Source: a virus (lineage: Duplodnaviria > Caudoviricetes). Taken from it: 27,296 nt of DNA. Both the position numbers and the translations under genes were made by a program. The notes beneath the pieces are model-generated. The model ran no database searches. It saw nothing but the letters and a program-made list of their open reading frames with translations, and had not been told where the DNA came from. How positions within the stretch are numbered: position 1 is the first letter of the stretch; the number at the start of each line of letters is the position of its first letter. Shown piece after piece: positions 8,940 through 16,819 of the stretch. The DNA is taken from positions 1 through 27,296 of IMG/VR virus record IMGVR_UViG_3300023293_000077. One strand, 5' to 3'.

Positions 8940-10049
8940 ATGGCCAAAACATTTAATAACCTATGGGAAGCCGTGACCTCGTGGCCCTCGCTCCTCGCGG
9001 CTTGGGAGAAAACCGCAAAAGGCCGGCACCGCCAGAGGGACGTCATTACCTTTCGCGCCAACCTCGAGCCAAACCTGATCGAGCTTCAAAACAGCCTGAT
9101 TCACAAAACCTATCAGACAGGCCCATATCATCTCTTTTTCGTGTTTGAGCCCAAGCGCCGCGAGATATCTTCGCTACCCCTCAAGGATCGCATCGTACAG
9201 CATGCCCTGGTTGCCACCCTAGAGCCTATTTTCGACGCCAGATTTATAGATCAGTCATATGCGTGCCGCCCGGGCAAGGGTGCTCACAGGGGCGCGGACG
9301 CTGTGCAGGCATACCTGCGCGAGGTCAATCGCAAACACGGGTCCGTTTGCGCGCTGAAAGCAGACATTTCCAAATATTTCCCCTCAATATCGCACGACGT
9401 ATTAAAGCGTCAGATACGCAGGCGGATCGCCTGTTCGGAAACACTCACCTTGATCGACGGCATTATCGACAGCACCGCCGATCCATCCGACACATTGCCG
9501 CGCGGAATACCGATCGGAAACCTGACTTCGCAGCTTTTCGCGAATATCTATCTGAACGATCTGGATTACTTTGTGAAGCACACGCTGCGCGAGGGCCGAT
9601 ATTTGCGCTACATGGATGACTTCGCAATCGTGCACCCTGACAAGTCTCACTTGCACCTGGTGCGCCGCGATATTGAAGATTTCCTATGGGCACACCTCGG
9701 CCTGCGCACGAATGCCAAAACACAGGTATTTCCAGTCGGAGACGGGGGCCGCGCGCTGGATTTTCTGGGGTACCGCATCTGGCCAACGCACCGCGCGCTG
9801 CGCAAGGACAGCATCAACCGAATGAAGCGCAAGATGAAACGGATGGCATCACTTTACCACCAAGGCCGGATCACTTGGGATGAGATCGACCCCGTGATTA
9901 TGTCTTGGGTCGCGCACGCCAGGCACGCTGACACATACAACTTGAGATCGAAGATATTGGGTGGCGTGGCGTTCACACCCCCGCCCCTGCTAAGTGATCG
10001 TCATATGATTGCGCAAAGAAACGCAAGAAAGAAGTTGCTCGACACATGA
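8940..10049 (+). CDS. DGR reverse transcriptase
   Basis: KDRIVQHAL, KADISKYFPSI, GIPIGNLTSQLFANIYL (DGR-type GxxxSQ), RYMDD and DFLGY motifs. ~369 aa with no maturase or endonuclease extension. ATG 8940 (alternative GTG 8934). Confidence 0.96.
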   Translation: MAKTFNNLWEAVTSWPSLLAAWEKTAKGRHRQRDVITFRANLEPNLIELQNSLIHKTYQTGPYHLFFVFEPKRREISSLPLKDRIVQHALVATLEPIFDARFIDQSYACRPGKGAHRGADAVQAYLREVNRKHGSVCALKADISKYFPSISHDVLKRQIRRRIACSETLTLIDGIIDSTADPSDTLPRGIPIGNLTSQLFANIYLNDLDYFVKHTLREGRYLRYMDDFAIVHPDKSHLHLVRRDIEDFLWAHLGLRTNAKTQVFPVGDGGRALDFLGYRIWPTHRALRKDSINRMKRKMKRMASLYHQGRITWDEIDPVIMSWVAHARHADTYNLRSKILGGVAFTPPPLLSDRHMIAQRNARKKLLDT

Positions 10050-10396
10050 GCCGCTACACCCGCGCCCGCGACTGGTACGAGCCGGCCGGGGGCATCCGCT
10101 ACCGCATCACAGAGCCTCTGACCTGGTATGTGGGCTGCGTCGAGACAGGCGCGGCCTATACGGTGCCGGCGGGGTTTGTGTTCGACGTCTCGATCCCCTG
10201 GATCTGGCGCTGGCTACTCGATCCGCACGATCGGCGGTTTTTAAAAGCGGCCGCGCTGCACGATCACTTTCTGTCCATCGGATGGGATCGGTTCACGGCA
10301 GGCGCACAGTTTCACCAAGCGCTAATGGCCGACGGTGTGGGTAGGTTTCGAAGGGCAGTAATGGCGCTGGCTGTTCTGTTTTTCAAATACCGATAG
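10046..10396 (+). CDS. DUF1353-like phage protein
   Basis: VPAGFVFDVSIP...AAALHD motif. ATGA overlap with the RT stop. Confidence 0.75.
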   Translation: MSRYTRARDWYEPAGGIRYRITEPLTWYVGCVETGAAYTVPAGFVFDVSIPWIWRWLLDPHDRRFLKAAALHDHFLSIGWDRFTAGAQFHQALMADGVGRFRRAVMALAVLFFKYR

Positions 10397-10413
10397 GATA
10401 AGAGGGATAAGAA

Positions 10414-10719
10414 ATGCAACTCACCGAGATTGAAATTGCAACGGCGGTTGTTTTTCTCGCGCTGCAAATTGCGGACGTGTGGACAACGATTGTCGGCATG
10501 AAAACTGGCGCGACAGAGGCCAATGGAATCGTCGCGTGGCTAATGCGAAAACTTGGAAAAGGCTGGGTGCCGGTTAAGCTGGTTGTGTCTATTGGCGGTG
10601 CCTATCTCGCAGGGGCCGGCGGGGCTATTTGGGCGGTCTGGATTCTATGCGCTTTATTTGCCTATGTCGTTTTCCATAATTACCGCATCATTAAAGACCG
10701 CAAAGCCCGTGGGTTTTAA
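10414..10719 (+). CDS. Small membrane protein (DUF5658-like)
   Basis: LQIADVWTT...G.TEANG motif and about three hydrophobic segments. Confidence 0.6.
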   Translation: MQLTEIEIATAVVFLALQIADVWTTIVGMKTGATEANGIVAWLMRKLGKGWVPVKLVVSIGGAYLAGAGGAIWAVWILCALFAYVVFHNYRIIKDRKARGF

Positions 10720-10728
10720 GGAGTAGAT

Positions 10729-11358
10729 ATGAATAATTCTGAGCGGGCAATCCCCAAAATACTGAAGCACGAAGGCGGGTATGTAAACAATCCGGCTGAC
10801 CCCGGCGGGGCAACGAACAAGGGAATTACGATTGCCACGTTTCGCCGCTACATCAAACCCGGCGGCACGATTGCAGACTTAAAGGCGCTGACCGAGTCTC
10901 AGGCCGTGGTTGTCTATAAGCGTCAGTATTGGGACGCTGTGAGTGCGGATCTTCTGCCGTCAGGTGTTGACTACGCCGTTGCTGATTTTGCCGTGAATAG
11001 CGGGCCGTCACGGGCTGGCAAGTATCTGCAAAAGGTTGTCGGGACGGCACAAGATGGCGTTGTTGGTCCTGCTACCATTGCAGCAGCACGGGGGCTTTCC
11101 GCGCCTGACGTTATTAACGATATTTGCGATGAGCGGCTTGCATTCATGCGCCGTATCAGGGGCGGCAGGCTGTGGAAAACATTTGGCCGTGGCTGGCAGC
11201 GCCGTGTTGATGATGTGCGGGCTGTGTCATTGGCGTGGGCCACGCAGAAAGCACCAAAGCCCATTATCGACACAACCCCCGCGAAACCCCCGCAACGCAG
11301 CCTATGGGTCGTTCTGGCGTCCCTGCTGGCGTCTATCTTTGGAAAGGGCAAACCATGA
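10729..11358 (+). CDS. Endolysin, glycoside hydrolase family 108 with peptidoglycan-binding domain
   Basis: HEGGYVNNPADPGGATNKGIT, DFAVNSG and FGRGWQRR motifs. RBS AAGGAG. Confidence 0.92.
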   Translation: MNNSERAIPKILKHEGGYVNNPADPGGATNKGITIATFRRYIKPGGTIADLKALTESQAVVVYKRQYWDAVSADLLPSGVDYAVADFAVNSGPSRAGKYLQKVVGTAQDGVVGPATIAAARGLSAPDVINDICDERLAFMRRIRGGRLWKTFGRGWQRRVDDVRAVSLAWATQKAPKPIIDTTPAKPPQRSLWVVLASLLASIFGKGKP

Positions 11359-11546
11359 TTGGACCCATATCGCGCATCATTTTGCGCTACGTTTCGGGAG
11401 CAATGGTTGCTTACGGCTTGGTCCCGCAAGATGTCGGTGCAGAAATTGCCGTCGACCCTGACTTGCTGGCATTGCTTGGCCTTGCTCTTGGCGCATCGAC
11501 TGAGATTGCATACGCCTTTGCAGTAAAACGCGGGTGGGCGAAATGA
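11355..11546 (+). CDS. Putative holin (63 aa)
   Basis: ATGA overlap with the endolysin. Two hydrophobic segments and a basic C-terminus. Confidence 0.55.
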   Translation: MIGPISRIILRYVSGAMVAYGLVPQDVGAEIAVDPDLLALLGLALGASTEIAYAFAVKRGWAK

Positions 11547-11767
11547 TGCGGGTTGTCATCACGGTTGGCCTGATCTGCGTCATGGGGCTGGGCGCGTTTT
11601 TCTACATCCGCAACGCCGAGCGGGCCAAGATCAACAACAGCAACACCACCAAGACAATCGAAGGAATACGCGATGCCCGATCTATTGAAAACGAAACACG
11701 CGGCGAAAGCGATGGCGGTTTGCTCGATTATCTCCTTGGCAGGGTGCGAGGCGAAACCGTCGAGTGA
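11543..11767 (+). CDS. Putative inner-membrane spanin (Rz-like)
   Basis: N-terminal TM helix then a polar helical region. Overlapped by a lipoprotein gene. Confidence 0.6.
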   Translation: MMRVVITVGLICVMGLGAFFYIRNAERAKINNSNTTKTIEGIRDARSIENETRGESDGGLLDYLLGRVRGETVE

Positions 11768-11918
11768 TCCAGCGTTTAAGGACGTGCAACGGGTACCGCC
11801 CATAACCAAGCGGGCGACTGTTGAATACCTAGTCGGTAATGATCGTCTGCTGGCCGAGTGGGTAGCAGAGACTTCGCGCAAGTGCGATAAATTCGGATGC
11901 GTGGGGCAGGATAATTGA
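11673..11918 (+). CDS. Putative outer-membrane spanin lipoprotein (Rz1-like)
   Basis: Lipobox SLAGC and a C-terminal Cys pair. Overlaps the Rz-like gene in another frame. Start could be 11712. Confidence 0.6.
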   Translation: MPDLLKTKHAAKAMAVCSIISLAGCEAKPSSDPAFKDVQRVPPITKRATVEYLVGNDRLLAEWVAETSRKCDKFGCVGQDN

Positions 11919-12232
11919 CGTTTTTGGAGACTGTTGACAAGGTGTTCAGCGCTGCGCCTGAGCAAATCACCGCGCTCTGCCTGTCCGGTGCTGCGGGTGC
12001 CTATGTCCGGGCCGTCTTTGCCCCTGAAGCAAGCTGGAAACGGCGGCTAAGTGAAGGCTTTGCGGGCGCTTTATCAGCCATCTTTCTCGGCGGCATTGTC
12101 GGGCATTTGCTGGATCAATTCACAGACGCTGGAACATGGGCGTACCTCGCTGCTGGTTTTGTCATGGGTGAGGGTGGAATTGCAGCCGTGCGGGGCGTCC
12201 GCAAGATCGTTTTGAAAGAAGAAAACAAATGA
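11915..12232 (+). CDS. Membrane protein, possible second holin
   Basis: Three Gly/Ala-rich hydrophobic segments and a charged C-terminus. In the lysis cluster. Confidence 0.5.
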   Translation: MTFLETVDKVFSAAPEQITALCLSGAAGAYVRAVFAPEASWKRRLSEGFAGALSAIFLGGIVGHLLDQFTDAGTWAYLAAGFVMGEGGIAAVRGVRKIVLKEENK

Positions 12233-12495
12233 CTTTCGCGCTCTTTGCCAACAACTTAACATCTACTTCGCTTGTGATTGCAACGTGGTGGCTGGCACAC
12301 CAATACGCCCGAATTTACCCGGCGGGCCGCGTCATTGCCGCGTTTCTTGCTCTGCTTGGCTTTGCGACCCTATACACGATGTTTGCCCGCAATTTTGATG
12401 CGCCGATTGTGTGGCCGATCATTGCGCAAAAGGCCATTCTGACATTGGTTTTGGTTATGATTGCAACTCCCGGCAAAAAGCAAAGAGGCCCGTAG
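12229..12495 (+). CDS. Hypothetical membrane protein
   Basis: ATGA overlap and three hydrophobic segments. Confidence 0.55.
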   Translation: MTFALFANNLTSTSLVIATWWLAHQYARIYPAGRVIAAFLALLGFATLYTMFARNFDAPIVWPIIAQKAILTLVLVMIATPGKKQRGP

Positions 12496-12496
12496 C

Positions 12497-12703
12497 ATGT
12501 GGATGCTGGTTGTCACGATGTGCTTGCAGCTATCCCACACAGACGCAGAGTGCCGCGCCACGGTGCAAGGTGTCTACGGCAAGCCTCAGACATGCCGCAA
12601 GCGCATGGAAGGCCAGCACGAGGCGCTTTTGACGCTTGCGGACGATATCGGTGCACGGGTTCTGTTCCTGTCAGTCAAATGCAGCAAGGGCAACGACGCA
12701 TGA
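12497..12703 (+). CDS. Hypothetical small Cys-containing protein
   Basis: ATG 1 nt after the previous stop, hydrophobic N-terminus, stop overlaps the next start. Confidence 0.5.
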   Translation: MWMLVVTMCLQLSHTDAECRATVQGVYGKPQTCRKRMEGQHEALLTLADDIGARVLFLSVKCSKGNDA

Positions 12704-12879
12704 TGCGCTGGCTTGATGATATGTCCTGGCGTACCTGCTACATCGCCACGGGGCTGCGAATGTCTTGGTGCGGGCTGGCCTATTGGTTCGGCTGGCGGCG
12801 CGTTGTGTGGTTTCTGGACAAGATCCTGCACAGGCGAGAGCCGGACCACTGCCGTAGGTCATACGACCGATATAAATAG
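12700..12879 (+). CDS. Hypothetical protein (59 aa, ends EPDHCRRSYDRYK)
   Basis: ATGA coupling. Ends at the terminator. Confidence 0.5.
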   Translation: MMRWLDDMSWRTCYIATGLRMSWCGLAYWFGWRRVVWFLDKILHRREPDHCRRSYDRYK

Positions 12880-13064
12880 CCCGCGTCCTGTAATGGGGCG
12901 CGGGTTTTTTGCGTTTGGGGAGGCGTCTCTTTTGTCTGAACCATATCGGGCAGGGCGGCGATGATCAGGTTTGCCGTAGCTTTTGGATCGTCATATGCGT
13001 CTGCGTACTGAATAATTTCAGCCAATTTATCCCGCATCGGCGTGGTGTCTGGTTTAGCGGTCAT
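12780..13064 (-). pseudogene. Last early-left gene, probably truncated; frame runs through the terminator into the lysis region
   Basis: Good RBS (AAGGAG) and coupled start, but no stop before the terminator. Overlaps the + strand gene by ~100 nt. Confidence 0.4.
12878..12910 (+). terminator. Rho-independent terminator ending the late operon
   Basis: GCCCGCGTCCT-loop-GGGGCGCGGGT followed by a T run, at the convergence of + and - operons. Confidence 0.88.
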
Positions 13065-13725
13065 CGGTGGCTCCTTTGGCGAGGGCGTGGATAGCGGCTT
13101 CCTCGCTGTCAAACCACTGAAATTCCCAATCGTCTTCCTCGCCGTCGCCGTCCGTGTCGAGTGCGACTTCGACGCCCCATTTTGGCGCACCCTTGTGCAA
13201 CGTCTCTACCTTCAATGGCGTGCCGTACCAGCCGTCCATCATGTCGTTTCTTTCCGCCCACGGATGGGTGTACTCCCATTCGCAGGGGTCATAGCAAAAA
13301 TCAGGCTCAACAGCCGCAACGCTGGGCTGCATGGCGGCTATGGCGGCGCGGGCAAGCTGCGTTTCATCCTCGGTCAGTTCATCACGGGTAAACGTCCGGC
13401 TTGGATTGTTTCGCTGCATATGGATGCGGTTCTGATCGCGTATAGCCTTCGCCACGCGCTCTACGGCTTCATCTGTGGGGATGGTCATGGGTGTGGGTTC
13501 CTTGGTTAATTCGCGGCACATCGAGCGGGCTTCGTCCTGCGTTAAGTCTTGCCCGTGTAACTCTCCGCCTTCATCCCACACGCTCCACTTCCCAAGCAGG
13601 GCATCGTCAAGCTGCATCCAAATTTCATCCTGTGCAAAGGCAAGTGGCTGCGGCCCTGCGCCCATGCTTTCAAGCATAGCAGCATCCATAGCCAAGGCTT
13701 CCTGCATTGTTTTATCCATCCTCAT
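13054..13725 (-). CDS. Hypothetical acidic protein (possibly two fused genes)
   Basis: GAGG RBS near 13725/13719. Internal AAGGA+ATG at 13488. Confidence 0.55.
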   Translation of the reverse strand: MRMDKTMQEALAMDAAMLESMGAGPQPLAFAQDEIWMQLDDALLGKWSVWDEGGELHGQDLTQDEARSMCRELTKEPTPMTIPTDEAVERVAKAIRDQNRIHMQRNNPSRTFTRDELTEDETQLARAAIAAMQPSVAAVEPDFCYDPCEWEYTHPWAERNDMMDGWYGTPLKVETLHKGAPKWGVEVALDTDGDGEEDDWEFQWFDSEEAAIHALAKGATDDR

Positions 13726-13854
13726 ATCCTCTCTATTGTAGCGCGCCGCCCCCGCCCTCATGTGGCGCACGCGGTGGGGGCGGCTCTGGGTAGACGGTCC
13801 ACGACGTACCAAAACGCCAGACCATGCGGCTAACGCAGCCGCAGCGATGCCCTG

Positions 13855-14157
13855 TTAATCAGGGGATGGGGTGCGGAGGGCGAGGCACGCGCCATTAAGG
13901 GTCATGTTAAGGTGTGTATCTTTGAGCAAAACACCATCAGACGAAAACAATGCCAGCATGTCAGCCAGCGCATCCCGCGCCGTCTGTACCTGCGCCTGTG
14001 CCTCGGCAAGCTGGGCGCGGAGGGCGTCGCGATCATCTCGCAGGTATCGCAAGCAATACGCGGTGTCGTGCGTTTGATACGTGCCGTAGCTACGCAATCC
14101 GCTGCATCCATTCAGTGTGTGCCCGCAGTTTGGGCATGGGCGGTCAACCTCACTCAT
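13855..14157 (-). CDS. Hypothetical protein with CPNC motif and coiled coil
   Basis: Coupled to the upstream gene, with RBS GGAGG. Confidence 0.55.
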   Translation of the reverse strand: MSEVDRPCPNCGHTLNGCSGLRSYGTYQTHDTAYCLRYLRDDRDALRAQLAEAQAQVQTARDALADMLALFSSDGVLLKDTHLNMTLNGACLALRTPSPD

Positions 14158-14401
14158 TGTTCTGCCCTCCTGTGGCGCGTAGAATAGCTTGATGTTCCGC
14201 GTTCGTAAACAGCGAGGCGTCGAGGCGCTCTAGTGCCGCCATCACCCGCTTTTGCAGCGCCTCGATCTGTTCACGCTGGGCGAGGTAATCTTCATAGCTG
14301 ACAAATCCGCCAGCGGCGTCCGGCTCGATGCCGTTACTAAAGCCAAAGCCATTCTCGTTTCTGGTCACAGTGTACCGATCTACTGTTTGTCCCGGTGTCA
14401 T
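14150..14401 (-). CDS. Hypothetical phage protein
   Basis: ATGA overlap with the upstream gene. G.FVSYEDY motif seen in small early phage proteins. Confidence 0.55.
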   Translation of the reverse strand: MTPGQTVDRYTVTRNENGFGFSNGIEPDAAGGFVSYEDYLAQREQIEALQKRVMAALERLDASLFTNAEHQAILRATGGQNNE

Positions 14402-14592
14402 ATCAGTCCCTTTTCCGTCGCCAGCCATTCGGGCAGCGTGACAGTTACAATACCGCCTATTCCCGTTTCTTCTATTTCAATCTGGGACAAAGCCAACCAT
14501 GCGGCTTCCTCTTTGTTGCCCGTGTGAAACAGCGCGGCCTTTTCGGTGCGAGCCTCAATGGCTCCGTCTATGTCAATTATGTTGCTTTTCAT
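14398..14592 (-). CDS. Hypothetical phage protein (TEKA...WL..SQIE...LPEWLA.EKGLI type)
   Basis: RBS GGAG. Recognisable small phage protein pattern. Confidence 0.65.
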   Translation of the reverse strand: MKSNIIDIDGAIEARTEKAALFHTGNKEEAAWLALSQIEIEETGIGGIVTVTLPEWLATEKGLI

Positions 14593-14593
14593 T

Positions 14594-14857
14594 TCAGTCT
14601 CCAATCTCGCCGCAGATGTCGCAGGTAACGGGGTTATTCACGCAGGCACCGCATGGGGGCGATATGTGGCAGGTGCACCCCTCAACATCATCGTAGTGCA
14701 TTACGCCCTTGCACGGCTTCGGCTTATATCCGCGTGGCATGCCCTCGTCAGGCTCAGGGTACCGCCCGCAGATGTCGCAGTCCTCGGTCCCGATCTCGTC
14801 GGGCTGGTCGCAGTGTGCATCGGCGGCGATGGCGTTGCCGTCTGTTGGGTGTCTCAT
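14594..14857 (-). CDS. Cys-rich putative zinc-binding protein
   Basis: CDIC twice and GCTCHISPPCGAC. Coupled start. Confidence 0.6.
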   Translation of the reverse strand: MRHPTDGNAIAADAHCDQPDEIGTEDCDICGRYPEPDEGMPRGYKPKPCKGVMHYDDVEGCTCHISPPCGACVNNPVTCDICGEIGD

Positions 14858-14943
14858 GTCAGCCACCATTTAATCAGCGCCCAAAGCACCGCCCCGATCA
14901 ATGTGCTGGGGATGATCCACCAGCCGCTAATCATGTGTTCCAT
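14854..14943 (-). CDS. Small membrane peptide (29 aa)
   Basis: AAGGA RBS, sequence MEHMISGWWIIPSTLIGAVLWALIKWWLT, stop overlaps the next start. Confidence 0.45.
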   Translation of the reverse strand: MEHMISGWWIIPSTLIGAVLWALIKWWLT

Positions 14944-15103
14944 TGCTCTATCCTTTGTTGTTTGCCCTGCCGTCCATCCGCATGTGGCGGGGCGCGAACA
15001 GCAGGGCGTCTGGGGGGCCGACGTTAAAACAAACACCCATCGGGTTGCTTGTCGCCACTGATACGCCGTGGCCGCGTTATTCCCTTTTTGGGAATTTGAA
15101 AAA

Positions 15104-15292
15104 TCAATCTCGCCAAGCAGGGCGGCGACCCATGGTAATGACATGATGTACATCCGATGGCCCAGACTTGCGGCAGATGGCACAGGGCAGTTCCTTGACG
15201 CGGCGCATCCATTCCTTGCCCTCGCGTATCTCGGCAGAGGATAGCTTAGGCGCTTTCTGGCCAAGTGGCGGGCGGGGGCTGATCTGGTTCAC
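15104..15292 (-). pseudogene. Truncated Ref/DUF968-like HNH nuclease
   Basis: VKELPCAIC...SDVHHVI is present but the downstream PLC..HH half is missing. Follows the NinB-like gene. Confidence 0.55.
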
Positions 15293-15720
15293 GCTGCCCG
15301 CTCCTGTTCCGCTGGATCGGTTAACCGAATGCCTTGCCCAGCATATTTGCGATGCACCGCGTCACACATTTTTGACAGTTGCGGCTTTGTCATTACCGAA
15401 GTGACGGCGATGTAATCCATGGCGGCTATCTTTTCCTCTACTGTCAGGCGCGAAAGGTTGCCCACGAAAGCCACGAAGGCCGGATCGTCTGCCATTAGGA
15501 TCGGGGAACCTTGGTAATACTTGCATTCGCGTTTCACCTGGTCGGCGGTTTCAAACGTCTGCGCTGCGATTTCGCAAAACCACAGATGCAGCAGGGCGTT
15601 TTGCGATAGGCTGCGCTTGGCCCCAGGGGTGACTGTCACCGTGAAAGGCATCTTTAAGCCTCTCAGGTATTCAGCCAGCGACCGGGCCTCTGCTTCATCC
15701 ATGATTGAGCGGGTCGGCAT
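15289..15720 (-). CDS. NinB/Orf-like recombination protein
   Basis: KRSLSQNALLHLWFCEIA motif and C-terminal TS.MTK.Q...GIRLTDP. Confidence 0.75.
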   Translation of the reverse strand: MPTRSIMDEAEARSLAEYLRGLKMPFTVTVTPGAKRSLSQNALLHLWFCEIAAQTFETADQVKRECKYYQGSPILMADDPAFVAFVGNLSRLTVEEKIAAMDYIAVTSVMTKPQLSKMCDAVHRKYAGQGIRLTDPAEQERAA

Positions 15721-16082
15721 TAGATAAGTGTCACAGGGGCAAATGGAATTTCATCCCCTAGATCACGGCCTGAGTTGGCATTGCCTCCTCCACCTGACTG
15801 CCCACCTTGAGGCGATTGATCGTAACCGTCACCAGATCCACCGCGCTGATTGCCGTCCTCAAAGATTGACACCATCACGCGGTCGCCAGATTGGCCACCG
15901 TTTGCATCGGCCAGAATCTTCTGTTGCAACAGAATGCCAGCCAGATTCACCGTAGGGTCAAGCAAAGCGTATTCGCCTTTGTAGTTTGACATAATGACGC
16001 CAATCTCGACGTATTTGGCTTTCGTCTCTCCGTCCTTTTGGTACTCGCCAGTTTTTGCTTTCAATTTTTTAACCATCTTCAT
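15720..16082 (-). CDS. Putative single-stranded DNA-binding protein
   Basis: Small beta-rich domain, Gly/Gln linker and DEIPF tip. In the recombination module. Confidence 0.6.
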   Translation of the reverse strand: MKMVKKLKAKTGEYQKDGETKAKYVEIGVIMSNYKGEYALLDPTVNLAGILLQQKILADANGGQSGDRVMVSIFEDGNQRGGSGDGYDQSPQGGQSGGGGNANSGRDLGDEIPFAPVTLI

Positions 16083-16126
16083 TTTTCCTTGATATTTGTT
16101 GTTGATTTTCGTCCGTGGTTGGCGTC

Positions 16127-16819
16127 CTAGAATGCCTCCTTTTCGGTCCAGACGCGGACGCCCTCGATGGCGCGGGACTTGTGATTGCGGCGAACGTATT
16201 CATCCACGAAGGCGGCAATCGCGTCGGTGTCGCTTGTATAGATGTCCATCAGCGCCGCTTTATGGCTGTCTATCTTGTAGCGCGTAACGGTGCGCATCCC
16301 TTTGAGCGCATCCTTGGCAACGGCCTTAGCTGCGTTCTCTGCGTCGATCACGGATTGCTTGGCGGCGGCAACTTCCCGTTGCGCGTCGATATCAGATGCA
16401 TTCGCAGCGGCGGCTTTGGCCTCGGCTTCACGGCGTAGGCGGTTGGTTTCTTCCCACGCCTTGCGCTCGGCTTCTGCCTTCTCAGCGGCCAGCTTTTGCT
16501 TGAACACGTTGACGGTTGAAACGAGGCACCCTTCGATACGCTTGGTGTCCTCAATGGTTGGATTCCAGCGGTCCTGTTCTGCCTTGTAGATGGCATGTAG
16601 TGGCTTTGTGGCGTCCTTCTGGCCTGCCTCAAGATCAAGGCGGCACTGGCGCATTGCTTTGCGCAGCGCATCCACCTCGTTCATCTGTGCCTCGTTCTCG
16701 ACGGGCTTACCGTCCGTCCAGTTCTCGGCCTCCTCGCGGTCGGTGTTATACGATCCGGTGATTGCGTCGATGGGATCAGGCGGCGAATTGTGGCCCATGC
16801 CGGGTGTCATATTGTTCAT
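16127..16819 (-). CDS. Coiled-coil phage protein associated with the recombinase
   Basis: 230-aa helical ORF coupled to the SSAP gene. GHNSPP N-terminus and IEGVRVW C-terminus. Confidence 0.6.
   Translation of the reverse strand: MNNMTPGMGHNSPPDPIDAITGSYNTDREEAENWTDGKPVENEAQMNEVDALRKAMRQCRLDLEAGQKDATKPLHAIYKAEQDRWNPTIEDTKRIEGCLVSTVNVFKQKLAAEKAEAERKAWEETNRLRREAEAKAAAANASDIDAQREVAAAKQSVIDAENAAKAVAKDALKGMRTVTRYKIDSHKAALMDIYTSDTDAIAAFVDEYVRRNHKSRAIEGVRVWTEKEAF

Larger units (their letters stand above)
7205..10049 (+). mobile_element. Diversity-generating retroelement cassette (target-avd-TR-RT)
   Basis: All canonical components present in the same order as the Bordetella phage BPP-1 DGR. Confidence 0.96.

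Noticed and set aside
8642-8956. 104-aa ORF resembling the target's C-terminus
   Set aside because: It is the TR read in the VR frame plus the spacer. The TR is stop-free by design and functions as RNA template.
8940-10049. RT as group II intron, retron or Abi RT
   Set aside because: The SQ motif, size, adjacent avd and an A-specific TR/VR pair identify a DGR. No intron domain V or maturase/En extension seen.
13743-13784. GC-rich inverted repeat (GCCGCCCCC...GGGGGCGGC) in an intergenic gap
   Set aside because: The hairpin is real but has no U-tract or recognisable family, so no function can be supported.
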